From positions 1 through 64,000 of the forward strand of contig JAZSIR010000011.1 in assembly GCA_045533905.1 (NCBI GenBank): a DNA stretch of 64,000 nt. Direction: 5' to 3'. Below, in pieces: positions 55,032 to 64,000 of the stretch. This DNA is from Clostridia bacterium. Its GTDB lineage: Bacteria > Bacillota > Clostridia > UMGS1883 > UMGS1540. The position numbers and the translations under genes were made by a program. Numbering within the stretch: the stretch's first letter is position 1; every line of letters starts with the position of its first letter. Below the pieces are notes generated by a model. It saw only the letters and a program-made list of their open reading frames with translations, was not told the origin of the DNA and did not search any database.

Positions 55032-56753
55032 ATGCCATTTGACGCTACGGCCCTCTCGGCCATTGCGCATGAACTGCGCGCCACCGTCCTTGAGGGACGT
55101 ATAGATAAAATATATCAGCCCGAACGCGACGAAATTGTGCTTTTCATCCGCACACCCCGCGAAAATGTGCGCCTTCTGATCAGTGCAGGGCATATGAATC
55201 CGCGGGTGCACCTTACCGAAGTGCGGAAGAAAAACCCCATCGACGCGCCGATGTTCTGCATGCTTCTCCGCAAGCACCTTTCCGGCGGCCGGATTGTAGA
55301 AATCACCCAGCCGGATTTTGAGCGTATTCTTCGCTTTACCATAAGCGTATATAATGAAATGGGCGACGTGTGCGAGCGGTTTTTATACGCCGAATTTGTC
55401 GGCCGCAATCCAAATATTATTCTCACCGATGAAAGCGGAAAAATTATAGAAGCCGCGCACCATACCGACCTTTCGGCCGGCCGCGGTATATTACCGGGGC
55501 TTCGCTATTCCCCGCCGCCGTTGCAGGATAAGGTAAACCCCATAACGGCAAATGCAGAAGCGGCTACCGCCCTTCTCGGGTCGATGCCCGAAGCACTCGC
55601 CGAAAAAGCGCTCGTTACCCTGTTCCGCGGGCTTTCCCCTATGGCCGCGAGGTGCATCGCAGCGGAAAGCACAGGGTGTGAGGATGCACCCGTACGCGGA
55701 AATGAAGCAGCACTCGCGGGCGGTCTTATGGCTTTTGCAGACCGCATACGCCGCGGCGAATTCTCTCCCACTCTGCTTCTCTCGCCGGAAGGTGTACCCG
55801 TGGATTTCACGGCATACACGCCTTTCGCGCATAAAGATATATTAAAGGAAGAAAAAGCCGAAACGCTATCAGAAGCGCTTGACCTTTTCTATGCCGGACG
55901 GGACAAAAGCGATCGTCTCCGTCAGAAGGGCGCAAGCCTTAAAAAGCACGCTGTCAATATTCTGGCAAGGCTCCGGAAGAAAATCAGTATTCATACGGCC
56001 ACGCTTTCGGAAACAGAAAATATGGAAACCTTCCGGATATACGGCGAGCTGCTTCTGGCCAATCTCCATCGCGGCGAAGCCGGAATGGCGCGTATTTCTC
56101 TCGAAAACTTCTATGACGAAATGCGCCCCATAGAAATTCCGCTTGACAAAACAAAAAACCTTGCCGTCAATGCACAGTTGTATTTCAAAAAGTACAGAAA
56201 GCTTAAAACGGCGGCCGTTATCGTAAAGGAAGAGCTTCAGCGCACACAAGAAGAATGTGCCTATATGGAAACGGTGCTTGACGCCATCTCGCGTGCCGAT
56301 TCCGAGGAAGCGCTTTCGGGAATCCGCGCTGAGCTTTCTGCAGGTGGCTATATTAAAACGGAAGTGCGCGGCAAAAAACAGAAGGAAGCGCCTTCTTCCC
56401 CGCTTGCAATCACGGTGGATTCTTTTTCCGTTCTTGTCGGGCGGAATAACCACCAAAATGACCTTGTAACTTTCCGTCTCTCGCGTGCCGAGGATATCTG
56501 GCTGCACGTGAAGAATATGCCCGGTTCCCATGTTCTGATACAGTCGGAAAGGCGAGAGGTGCCCGATGCCTGCATTCTCCGTGCTGCCGCCATCGCCGCC
56601 TACTTCAGCAGCGGAAAAAACAGTGCGCAGGTGCCCGTGGACTATACGGCCGTCAAAAACGTATGGAAGCCTGCCGGCGCACGGCCGGGTATGGTTCTGT
56701 ATGAAAAGCAGCATACGGTCTACGTAACCCCCGCGCCGCCCGAAGGACTCTAG
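55032..56753 (+). CDS. rqcH: Ribosome quality control NFACT protein (FbpA/RqcH)
   Basis: MPFD, GRIDKIYQP, FCMLLRKHL, NIIL, NAQ.YFKKY.K, VGRNN.QND, WLH.K..PGSHV, VPVDYT. Confidence 0.92.
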   Translation: MPFDATALSAIAHELRATVLEGRIDKIYQPERDEIVLFIRTPRENVRLLISAGHMNPRVHLTEVRKKNPIDAPMFCMLLRKHLSGGRIVEITQPDFERILRFTISVYNEMGDVCERFLYAEFVGRNPNIILTDESGKIIEAAHHTDLSAGRGILPGLRYSPPPLQDKVNPITANAEAATALLGSMPEALAEKALVTLFRGLSPMAARCIAAESTGCEDAPVRGNEAALAGGLMAFADRIRRGEFSPTLLLSPEGVPVDFTAYTPFAHKDILKEEKAETLSEALDLFYAGRDKSDRLRQKGASLKKHAVNILARLRKKISIHTATLSETENMETFRIYGELLLANLHRGEAGMARISLENFYDEMRPIEIPLDKTKNLAVNAQLYFKKYRKLKTAAVIVKEELQRTQEECAYMETVLDAISRADSEEALSGIRAELSAGGYIKTEVRGKKQKEAPSSPLAITVDSFSVLVGRNNHQNDLVTFRLSRAEDIWLHVKNMPGSHVLIQSERREVPDACILRAAAIAAYFSSGKNSAQVPVDYTAVKNVWKPAGARPGMVLYEKQHTVYVTPAPPEGL

Positions 56754-56852
56754 AATCTGGGGATTCTACATTTTTTTACCAAAACACTTGCTTTTTTGTG
56801 ATTCGCAATGTATAATAAGGTTGATTCTAATTATTTTAGGAGGTTTTTTCCA

Positions 56853-57635
56853 ATGAAAAGAACAGTATTGTTTCTTCTGGCCGCTGTAATGGTTTTCTCC
56901 TTTGCTGCATGTCAGAAGGCACCCCAGACGGAAGTTCCGAACGTACCGTCTGCAACCTATGAAGGCACATACGCCGAAGCTCTCAAGATGGGCACAAACG
57001 CTGCCTTCCCGCCGTATGAGTACAAAGAAGGCGAAGCTTTCAAGGGTATCGACATTGACATTGCTACCGCAATCGCCAAGGAACTCGGCACTACCCTCGA
57101 AGTTGTAGATATGGAATTTGATTCCATCATCGCTTCCGTACAGAAGGGCGAAGTAAACTTCGGTATGGCCGGTATGACCGTTACCGACGAACGCAAGGAA
57201 GAAGTTGACTTCACCGCAAGCTATGCCACAGGCGTTCAGGTTGTTATCGTTACGGAAGATTCCGCAATCGCTTCCCTCGATGACCTCGCCGGCAAGAAGA
57301 TCGGCACACAGCTCGGCACCACCGGTGATATGTACTCCAAAGACGATTACGGCGAAGAAAATGTAACCAGCTACGGCAAGGGTGCAGACGCTGTTATCGC
57401 TCTCCTCGGCGGCGACGTTGACGCTGTTATCATCGACAACGAACCGGCAAAGGCATTTGTTGAACAGAACGCAGGCCTCAAGATTCTTGACACGGAATAC
57501 GCCGTAGAAGACTACGCCATTGCAATTGCAAAGGAAAATGCTACGCTTCTTTCCGACATCAACAAGGCTCTTGAAAAGCTGACGGCTGACGGCACAATCG
57601 ATGCCATCATCGCAGAATACATTAGCGCCGAATAA
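56853..57635 (+). CDS. Polar amino-acid ABC transporter substrate-binding lipoprotein
   Basis: Lipobox FAAC; GTNAAFPPYEY, G.D.D, F..II, AGMT.T.ER, Q.GTTG. Confidence 0.92.
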   Translation: MKRTVLFLLAAVMVFSFAACQKAPQTEVPNVPSATYEGTYAEALKMGTNAAFPPYEYKEGEAFKGIDIDIATAIAKELGTTLEVVDMEFDSIIASVQKGEVNFGMAGMTVTDERKEEVDFTASYATGVQVVIVTEDSAIASLDDLAGKKIGTQLGTTGDMYSKDDYGEENVTSYGKGADAVIALLGGDVDAVIIDNEPAKAFVEQNAGLKILDTEYAVEDYAIAIAKENATLLSDINKALEKLTADGTIDAIIAEYISAE

Positions 57636-57648
57636 AGAAACAAAAACC

Positions 57649-57681
57649 CTATAAAAGCGGGAGTTTCTCCCGCTTTTATAG
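57649..57681 (+). terminator. Intra-operonic hairpin after the binding-protein gene
   Basis: CTATAAAAGCGGGAG-ttt-CTCCCGCTTTTATAG. Confidence 0.7.
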
Positions 57682-57756
57682 TCGTTTTATAAACAATTCC
57701 TTTAAGTGCAAAAATGGTGTTTGCCTTTAAAAGAATTGTTTAAGGGAGAAAAAAAC

Positions 57757-59142
57757 ATGCAGAAAAAGAAACTGATTTCCTGGCTTCTGGCGGCAGCTTT
57801 GCTTGTCGCGGTCGTAGTTGGGTTTGTATTTGCAATGAAAAATGAAACGGAGGCCTCCGAAATCACACCGGAAGAGGCCGCGATTCTTATCAACCAGCAG
57901 CTTGACAAAATGGCCACCTCCAAAACGATGCAGAAGGTAGCGGCGGAAAACGAAGTTGTGGTCGATGCCATCGTCGAATACGGAACGGAACGCGATGTGT
58001 TTTTAGACTGTACCGTGCGCTCTCTCGATCTGCACAGTGCCATCGCACCGCACTATTCCGTCTTCCTTTCTTCTGACGAGAAAAAGCCGGGAAGTACGAT
58101 GTTCAAGTCCGCGCTGAACTTCAAGATGGAGTTTGAGCCGCTGTTGGACACGCTTTTAGCCGAAGCCGAGGAAAAGACAACGTCGCTTCGCATTGCACTG
58201 TATGAAACGCGCGAAGGCTTTCTGGTATATGCAGACGATGCACTCACCAATGCCGCTTTCGGTGACCTTCTCGAAATTGAAAAGGATCTTGCAGGCATTG
58301 ATTCCGTACAGATTACAAAGCCGGACGGTACGACGGAAGAAAAGATTTTCTCTTCCGCGAATATCAAAAAGGGCCTTATGCAGTGCCTCGAAATAAACCG
58401 TCCGAAAAAGCCGGACACTTCTTCCCCTCTCGGCAGCTTCTGGAATAATCTTTCCGAAGATTTTGAAAGAAACTTTATTGAAGCCGACAGATGGAAAACG
58501 ATTTTCACCGGTCTCTGGACGACGATTAAGCTCACGCTTTTCGCCCTGTTTCTCGGTATTATCATCGGTTTTCTGGTGGCATTTGTCCGTTCCACCTATA
58601 TTAAAACCACCCGCCACAACATTGTGCTCAAACTCTTAAACGGCATTTCGCAGGTTTACCTCACCGTAATCCGCGGCACGCCGGTTGTGGTGCAGATTAT
58701 GATTATTTACTTCGTAATCTTTATGCCTCTCGGCATTGACAAGTTCCTCGCGGCTGTCATCTGCTTCGGCCTCAATTCCGGCGCATATGTGGCAGAAATT
58801 GTGCGCGGCGGTATTATGAGCGTCGACAACGGCCAGACGGAAGCCGGCCGTAGTCTCGGCTTTGGATATATGCAGACGATGTTCTACATCGTATTCCCGC
58901 AGGCCTTCAAAGCTGTACTCCCCGCACTTGCAAACGAATTTGTTGTGCTTCTTAAAGAAACTTCCATTGCATTCTATATCGGGCTTGGCGACCTTATGTA
59001 TGCCGGCAACGCCATCCGCGCGGCCACATACTCCGCCTTTATGCCCCTTATCGCAGTTGCCATTATTTACCTTGTGATGGTGCTTGCACTCCAGCATCTC
59101 GTCACACTTCTGGAAAGGAGGCTGCGCAGCAGTGAAAGATAA
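57757..59142 (+). CDS. Polar amino-acid ABC permease with extra N-terminal extracytoplasmic domain
   Basis: C-terminal half GL..T, RGTP..VQ, NSGAY.AEI.RGGI.SVD.GQ.EA.RSLG, LLKETS; N-terminal TM plus ~200 aa soluble region. Confidence 0.85.
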   Translation: MQKKKLISWLLAAALLVAVVVGFVFAMKNETEASEITPEEAAILINQQLDKMATSKTMQKVAAENEVVVDAIVEYGTERDVFLDCTVRSLDLHSAIAPHYSVFLSSDEKKPGSTMFKSALNFKMEFEPLLDTLLAEAEEKTTSLRIALYETREGFLVYADDALTNAAFGDLLEIEKDLAGIDSVQITKPDGTTEEKIFSSANIKKGLMQCLEINRPKKPDTSSPLGSFWNNLSEDFERNFIEADRWKTIFTGLWTTIKLTLFALFLGIIIGFLVAFVRSTYIKTTRHNIVLKLLNGISQVYLTVIRGTPVVVQIMIIYFVIFMPLGIDKFLAAVICFGLNSGAYVAEIVRGGIMSVDNGQTEAGRSLGFGYMQTMFYIVFPQAFKAVLPALANEFVVLLKETSIAFYIGLGDLMYAGNAIRAATYSAFMPLIAVAIIYLVMVLALQHLVTLLERRLRSSER

Positions 59143-59878
59143 TAGCGAAGTTATCATCCGCACCGAAGGTCTCTCGAAAACTTTCAAGGAAACCATCCAC
59201 GCGCTTCGCGATGTGAACACGGAAATTCACAGAGGCGAGGTTGTCGTTATCATCGGTCCTTCCGGGAGCGGAAAATCTACCTTTCTCCGCTCCCTGAACC
59301 TTCTCGAGGAGCCCACGGGCGGACACATCTATTTCGAAGATACAGATATCATAAACCCAAAGGTTGACATCAACCGTATGCGCCAGAAAATGGGGATGGT
59401 GTTTCAGCAGTTCAATCTGTTCCCGCACTACACCGTTTTAAAAAACCTCACACTGGCGCCTATGAAACTTCTTAAGATTTCGCAGGCGGAAGCGGAAGAA
59501 AAGGCGTATGCGCTTCTCGAGCGCGTTGGTCTTCGCGACCGCGCCGAGGCGTACCCCTCCCAGCTTTCCGGCGGACAGAAGCAGCGTATCGCCATTGTGC
59601 GCGCTCTCTGTATGAATCCTGAAGTTATGCTCTTTGACGAGCCTACAAGCGCGCTCGACCCCGAAATGTTCGGTGAAGTTCTGGATGTTATGAAGCAGCT
59701 GGCCCGTGAGGGGATGACGATGGTTATCGTTACCCACGAAATGGGCTTTGCACGCGAGGTGGCCGACACCGTAATCTTCATGGATGAAGGCACCATTATG
59801 GAAAAGGGCACACCGGAGGAAATTTTCTCCGCGCCAAAGAATCCGCGTACACAATCATTCCTTCGTAAAGTTCTGTAA
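59132..59878 (+). CDS. Polar amino-acid ABC transporter ATP-binding protein (GlnQ type)
   Basis: [48 protein letters not shown]. Confidence 0.95.
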   Translation: MKDNSEVIIRTEGLSKTFKETIHALRDVNTEIHRGEVVVIIGPSGSGKSTFLRSLNLLEEPTGGHIYFEDTDIINPKVDINRMRQKMGMVFQQFNLFPHYTVLKNLTLAPMKLLKISQAEAEEKAYALLERVGLRDRAEAYPSQLSGGQKQRIAIVRALCMNPEVMLFDEPTSALDPEMFGEVLDVMKQLAREGMTMVIVTHEMGFAREVADTVIFMDEGTIMEKGTPEEIFSAPKNPRTQSFLRKVL

Positions 59879-59903
59879 AATAAATATAGAGAGGATTTTG
59901 AAA

Positions 59904-60977
59904 ATGAAACTGAAAGAAAACTGCAAATGGTCCTTAGTTGTTCCCACCAGCATGGGTGTACGTATCACCCCCGAAAACGGCCAGCCGACACACGCGAGCG
60001 ACCGTTTCGTAATGCAGGCTACCAGCGCTGAAACGAACGTAGCCAGCATTTCTTCGTACTTAGGTCTTCCCGTAAAGGTTCTCACAACCTTCGTAAAGGG
60101 CAGCCCTATTGCACACTTTATTAAGAGTAACCTCACCGCACGCCATATGGCCTACGAAGGCAAGGAAGTAGAACAGGGCGGCCCCTGGGGCTACCGTCAC
60201 CAGTTCAACATTGCTGACAGCGGCTACGGCTCCCGCGGCCCGCGCGTACAGAATGACAGAGCCGGTGAAGTTGGCAGAACGCTCAGCATCCGCGACTTTG
60301 ATCTCGAACGCATTTTCGGTGAAGAAGGCGTACAGGTTCTCCACCTTTCCGGTCTTATCGCCGCACTTTCTCCCGAAACCACAACCTTCTGCCTCGAGCT
60401 TGCCCGTGCTGCCAAGAAGTACGGTACGCTGATTTCCTTTGACCTTAACCACCGCGCCTCCTTCTGGATTGGCCGCGAAGAGGAACTCGGCAAGAGCTTT
60501 GCAGAAATTGCAAGCGTTTCCGATATTCTTATTGGTAATGAAGAAGACTTCCAGCTTTGCCTCGGCATGAAAGGCCCCGAAGCCGGCGGCAAGGATATTT
60601 CTTCCAAGATTGAATCCTTCAAAGGCATGATTATGGAAGTGAAGAAGGCATATCCCCACACCTCAGTATACGCAACCACACTCCGTCAGGTTATCAACAC
60701 CAACTGCCACCTCTGGGGCGGCATTATGCTCGAAGGCGACAACTGGCATATAGTGGAACCCCGCGAAATCCATGTTCTCGACCGTATCGGCGGCGGCGAT
60801 GGTTTTGTGGGCGGTCTGCTCTACGCTATTCTCCGCGGCTGGGCACCGGAAAAGTGGATTCAGTTCGGCTGGGCCAGCGGCGCACTCGCTACCACCTTCC
60901 TTACAGACTATGCACAGCCCGCTGACGAAGAACAGGTTTGGAGCATCTGGGAAGGCAACGCACGCGTAAAGAGATAG
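59904..60977 (+). CDS. PfkB family sugar kinase (2-keto-3-deoxygluconate kinase-like)
   Basis: SAETNVA, HLSG...AL, SFDLN.R...W, GNEED, DRIGGGDGF.GG. Confidence 0.8.
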   Translation: MKLKENCKWSLVVPTSMGVRITPENGQPTHASDRFVMQATSAETNVASISSYLGLPVKVLTTFVKGSPIAHFIKSNLTARHMAYEGKEVEQGGPWGYRHQFNIADSGYGSRGPRVQNDRAGEVGRTLSIRDFDLERIFGEEGVQVLHLSGLIAALSPETTTFCLELARAAKKYGTLISFDLNHRASFWIGREEELGKSFAEIASVSDILIGNEEDFQLCLGMKGPEAGGKDISSKIESFKGMIMEVKKAYPHTSVYATTLRQVINTNCHLWGGIMLEGDNWHIVEPREIHVLDRIGGGDGFVGGLLYAILRGWAPEKWIQFGWASGALATTFLTDYAQPADEEQVWSIWEGNARVKR

Positions 60978-62059
60978 TGGATACACGTATTCTGCGCGTT
61001 GCGGAAGGCTTTCTCCCCCCGGGCTCTATCCGGAATATTGAGCCGCTCGGGCAAGGGAATATCAATGATACCTTTGTCGTGGAGGGAAAAGGCAAATTCG
61101 TGCTTCAGCGCATAAATACAAAAGTTTTTAAAAACGCCGAAGAGGTAATGCGAAACATCCATCTCATAACGGAGCATCTTTCAAGAAAAGTGCGCGCCGC
61201 CTGGCGCGATCCGTCGCGGCAGGTGCTGCAGTTTCTCCCCGTCCCGGAAACCGGAAAATATCTTTTCTGGGCTGAGGACGGCACAGCCTGGCGTATGTAT
61301 CACTTTATTGACAATGTGATGACGCTGCAAAATGTTTCGTCTGTCGGACAAGCCTATAAAGCGGCCTTTATCTTTGGTCGCTTCCAGAATCGTCTTTCTG
61401 ATTTCGACGCCACACAGCTTTCGGAAACGATTCCCGACTTCCACAATACGGAAAAGAGATGGGAAACACTTCAAAAAGCAGTGGATGCGGACGCTGCAGG
61501 CAGAGCACACGAGGTCCGGGACCTGCTTGAGACGGCAGAACGCTTTTCGCATCTTGCCTCTGCTATCACCAAGCCCTTCTCGGAAGGGAAGTTCCCCGTA
61601 CGCGTTACACATAATGACACGAAAATCAATAACGTTCTTTTTGATAAGAGAACGGGACACGGTCTTTGTGTCATTGACCTTGACACGGTAATGCCCTCCA
61701 CCGCCCTGTACGATTTTGGGGATATGGTGCGTTCGGGCGCAAATGCTACCACCGAAGAAGATACCGACCTTTCGCGCGTAGCGCTCAATATGGACTATTA
61801 CGAGGCATTTCTCCGTGGGTACCTAAACGGAACCGATGGAAAGCTTACAAACACAGAAATAGAAAATCTGGCGCTTTCCTCCCTCGTTCTCACCTTTGAG
61901 CTTGCTATCCGTTTTCTGGCCGACTATCTTATGGGGGATGTCTATTTCTCCATCCGCACACCGCGGCAAAATGCCGAACGCGCGGCCAATCAGCTGGCAC
62001 TCCTTTGTGATATGGAAAAGAAATATGACGAAATGCAAAATCTTCTGTTTAACCTGTAA
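60977..62059 (+). CDS. APH/choline-kinase-fold phosphotransferase (N-acetylhexosamine 1-kinase-like)
   Basis: G.GNINDT, LQRIN..VF, TIPDFHNT..R, THNDTK.NN, VIDLDTVMP, YDFGD..R, RFL.DY..GD.YF. Confidence 0.82.
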   Translation: MDTRILRVAEGFLPPGSIRNIEPLGQGNINDTFVVEGKGKFVLQRINTKVFKNAEEVMRNIHLITEHLSRKVRAAWRDPSRQVLQFLPVPETGKYLFWAEDGTAWRMYHFIDNVMTLQNVSSVGQAYKAAFIFGRFQNRLSDFDATQLSETIPDFHNTEKRWETLQKAVDADAAGRAHEVRDLLETAERFSHLASAITKPFSEGKFPVRVTHNDTKINNVLFDKRTGHGLCVIDLDTVMPSTALYDFGDMVRSGANATTEEDTDLSRVALNMDYYEAFLRGYLNGTDGKLTNTEIENLALSSLVLTFELAIRFLADYLMGDVYFSIRTPRQNAERAANQLALLCDMEKKYDEMQNLLFNL

Positions 62060-62067
62060 AAACATAG

Positions 62068-62099
62068 AAAAAGGGCTCTCCAGGAGGGAGAGCCCTTTT
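62068..62099 (+). terminator. Intrinsic terminator
   Basis: AAAAGGGCTCTCC...GGAGAGCCCTTTT. Confidence 0.8.
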
Positions 62100-62143
62100 G
62101 TGTTTGAATCGTTTTTTTGTTCTGCGCCTTTCCTATCCCTACG

Positions 62144-62180
62144 AGAAAGAGCGGCAAAGCCTACGCTTTGCCGCTCTTTC
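62144..62180 (-). terminator. Intrinsic terminator of the glycoside hydrolase gene
   Basis: GAAAGAGCGGCAAAGC-ctac-GCTTTGCCGCTCTTTC. Confidence 0.75.
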
Positions 62181-62183
62181 TTC

Positions 62184-64000
62184 TTATTTCTTATTTCTGC
62201 GCGTTGCTGTGATATCGTTCTGGTTCATCGCAAAGTTTGTGTTCTCGGCAGTCTTTGTGTACGTGTCCGAAAGTAGTGCCGCAAGGCCCGCTCTGTCGAT
62301 AGCATCCGCGGGACAAAATGCATCGCTCTTTGCATATTCGATAAGTCTTGCACGTAAGTACTGCGCCATCGGGTCATTTTCATCGAAGCGGAAGCCGCAA
62401 ACGAGAAGTCTTCCCGAGAGTGCGCGGTACTCAAAGAGAGAAGCCTGCCGCACGACGCACTTATGCGTCGGTGCCACTTCTACGATGGGGTTAAACGGCA
62501 CGCTGTCGTCAAAGCATACACTCTTACCGCCCGTCAAAAGCTCTGCAAACTGCCAGCCGCAGAAACCTTCGTGCGGAATGTCGCGCATTACGGGATGGTC
62601 GGCGATCACTGTGGCAAGGTAGCCGCTTGTGCGCCCTGCGAGGGAAATACGGAAGGACGTGTCGCGGCTTACAAACGGCTCCGCGCCGAAAATCAAAACA
62701 TCTTTCCCCTGTTCAAGCGCATCAAAAAGTTCTTTGTCCGTCATACCGTCGGAAACAAGCAAGTCCCCGTAGGAAGGCATCTCTACCTTCGGGAAAAGGT
62801 ACAGTTCCCATTCGTTCTCGGTGAAAAGTCCATCACCGTCAAGCGTTACATAAAGCTTCATATCCGCAGGTTTTTTCACCTCGGGCAATGTAAACTGCAA
62901 ATCGTAAAGCTTCGAAATTTTGCCGTTCGGAAGCCGGTCTACTTCTACTTCCTTGCGGTAAATTACCTTGCCGGAAAGCGAGAGGCGGATGGTTAAAATG
63001 CCGCCTATAAGGTCACGCTCGCCAAAGTACGAAGCATGAATACCGGTTTCGAGCACTTCTCCTTCAGTGAAATTCGAACGGCGGTCAAGGTCCGTGAGAA
63101 GCACGGTGGGCGAATTATACATGCGCACATTTCGCACCGTCTCACCGGGCTTTAATTCATAAAACTCATTCATCATACCTACATCGTAGCCAAAGGTATG
63201 CCAATGTGTATCGATGGGGCCGAGGAAGTCATAGCCGCCGAGCTTATGGCAACGGCGTACAGCTTCAAAGCAGTGCTTCCGTATGCGGCGCTGCCATTCG
63301 GAAGAATTCTTAAAATACAGCGGTGCCTTGTGGAGAACGCCTTTTTCTTCGAGATGGCGTTCAATAGAAGAAAACATATCCGTTTTGCCAATTTTCCAGC
63401 CACGATAGCGGTCTTTAAGGCTAAGGTCGGCGTATGTACCATCAATACAAATTTCGTGCGTTACGCGCGGTTTATTGTACACTACGCTCCAATTATCCAC
63501 TTTTTTCGGATCAGCAGTCAGAGAATTATAGCTGAGCTGACCGAGCGGATAACTTGCATACATATCGGTAAATTCGTCTACCAGTTTAAAGCGGCCGGGA
63601 TGATGCAAAAACGGCTCTGTTTTCATATCGGGGTCGAGCGCGCTCTCCTTCGGAAATGCATATTCAAGGCCACGGATGGCGTTCATGGGCGTAAAGAATG
63701 CATCTGTCCGCGCATGCACATCGGCGGCGCATTTGCGGAAGTGCTCAATATAGTCCTCATCCACCCAAAGCTCATTACCGCCGCAGTAAATCACAACCGA
63801 AGTGTGACGGCGGCAGAAAGTGACAATCTCCTTCCACTCCGCCTCGCTAGTATTGTTCGGGGTTTCTACATGCAGAAGCATGCCGAGCTCGTCCGCCGCC
63901 TGCATATATTCCTCCGCAGGAATAAAGGTATGGAAGCGGATAAAGTTAAAGCCGAGCTTTTTGAATGTTTTTATCATTTCGCGGTAATACGAAATATTAT
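62184..64000 (-). CDS. GH2-like glycoside hydrolase, 5' end outside the window
   Basis: K.LGFNFIRFH...P......ADELG.L...E, H.SV..Y..GNE (acid/base), P.V.HE (nucleophile); the frame stays open to the window edge. Confidence 0.75.
   Translation of the reverse strand, partial: NISYYREMIKTFKKLGFNFIRFHTFIPAEEYMQAADELGMLLHVETPNNTSEAEWKEIVTFCRRHTSVVIYCGGNELWVDEDYIEHFRKCAADVHARTDAFFTPMNAIRGLEYAFPKESALDPDMKTEPFLHHPGRFKLVDEFTDMYASYPLGQLSYNSLTADPKKVDNWSVVYNKPRVTHEICIDGTYADLSLKDRYRGWKIGKTDMFSSIERHLEEKGVLHKAPLYFKNSSEWQRRIRKHCFEAVRRCHKLGGYDFLGPIDTHWHTFGYDVGMMNEFYELKPGETVRNVRMYNSPTVLLTDLDRRSNFTEGEVLETGIHASYFGERDLIGGILTIRLSLSGKVIYRKEVEVDRLPNGKISKLYDLQFTLPEVKKPADMKLYVTLDGDGLFTENEWELYLFPKVEMPSYGDLLVSDGMTDKELFDALEQGKDVLIFGAEPFVSRDTSFRISLAGRTSGYLATVIADHPVMRDIPHEGFCGWQFAELLTGGKSVCFDDSVPFNPIVEVAPTHKCVVRQASLFEYRALSGRLLVCGFRFDENDPMAQYLRARLIEYAKSDAFCPADAIDRAGLAALLSDTYTKTAENTNFAMNQNDITATRRNKK

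Noticed and set aside
1-64000. CRISPR arrays, rRNA/tRNA genes, prophage or defence systems
   Set aside because: No regularly spaced direct repeats, RNA-gene signatures, integrases, reverse transcriptases or nuclease-type defence ORFs were recognised by eye.

Overview
A ~50% GC chromosomal window from a spore-forming anaerobic Clostridia-class (Bacillota) bacterium, probably a gut organism; the taxonomy is inferred from cwlD, bofA, yaaL, PFOR and SigA/SigE-type promoters. It is mostly housekeeping and metabolic genes, nearly all on the minus strand from 7.5 to 54.8 kb. In order: the 3' end of an IS3-family element, csoR-copA, nrdG-nrdD-trxB, trkAH, nagA/ROK, putP/TetR, cwlD, PFOR (nifJ), rpmH-rnpA-yidD-yidC-jag-mnmE (with no dnaA or mnmG), cysE, uvrB, carB, an LTA-synthase-like gene, pgsA, ldh, dinB, hup, rplM-rpsI, rqcH, a polar amino-acid ABC transporter, two sugar kinases and a partial glycoside hydrolase. 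I found no rRNA, tRNA, CRISPR array or prophage. The most interesting signals are: (1) two diverged copies of a ~210-220 bp non-coding element with terminal inverted repeats and conserved RNA-like stems, each beside a terminator that resembles its own end; (2) a CC-type class III RNR fused to a C-terminal CPNC redoxin domain, next to a thioredoxin reductase lacking the NADPH-specificity HRR motif; (3) an 80-nt perfect four-way-junction element in an intergenic region; (4) several unusual fusions, an unannotated small ORF and a deleted yitT remnant. All product calls come from motif recognition, not database searches.
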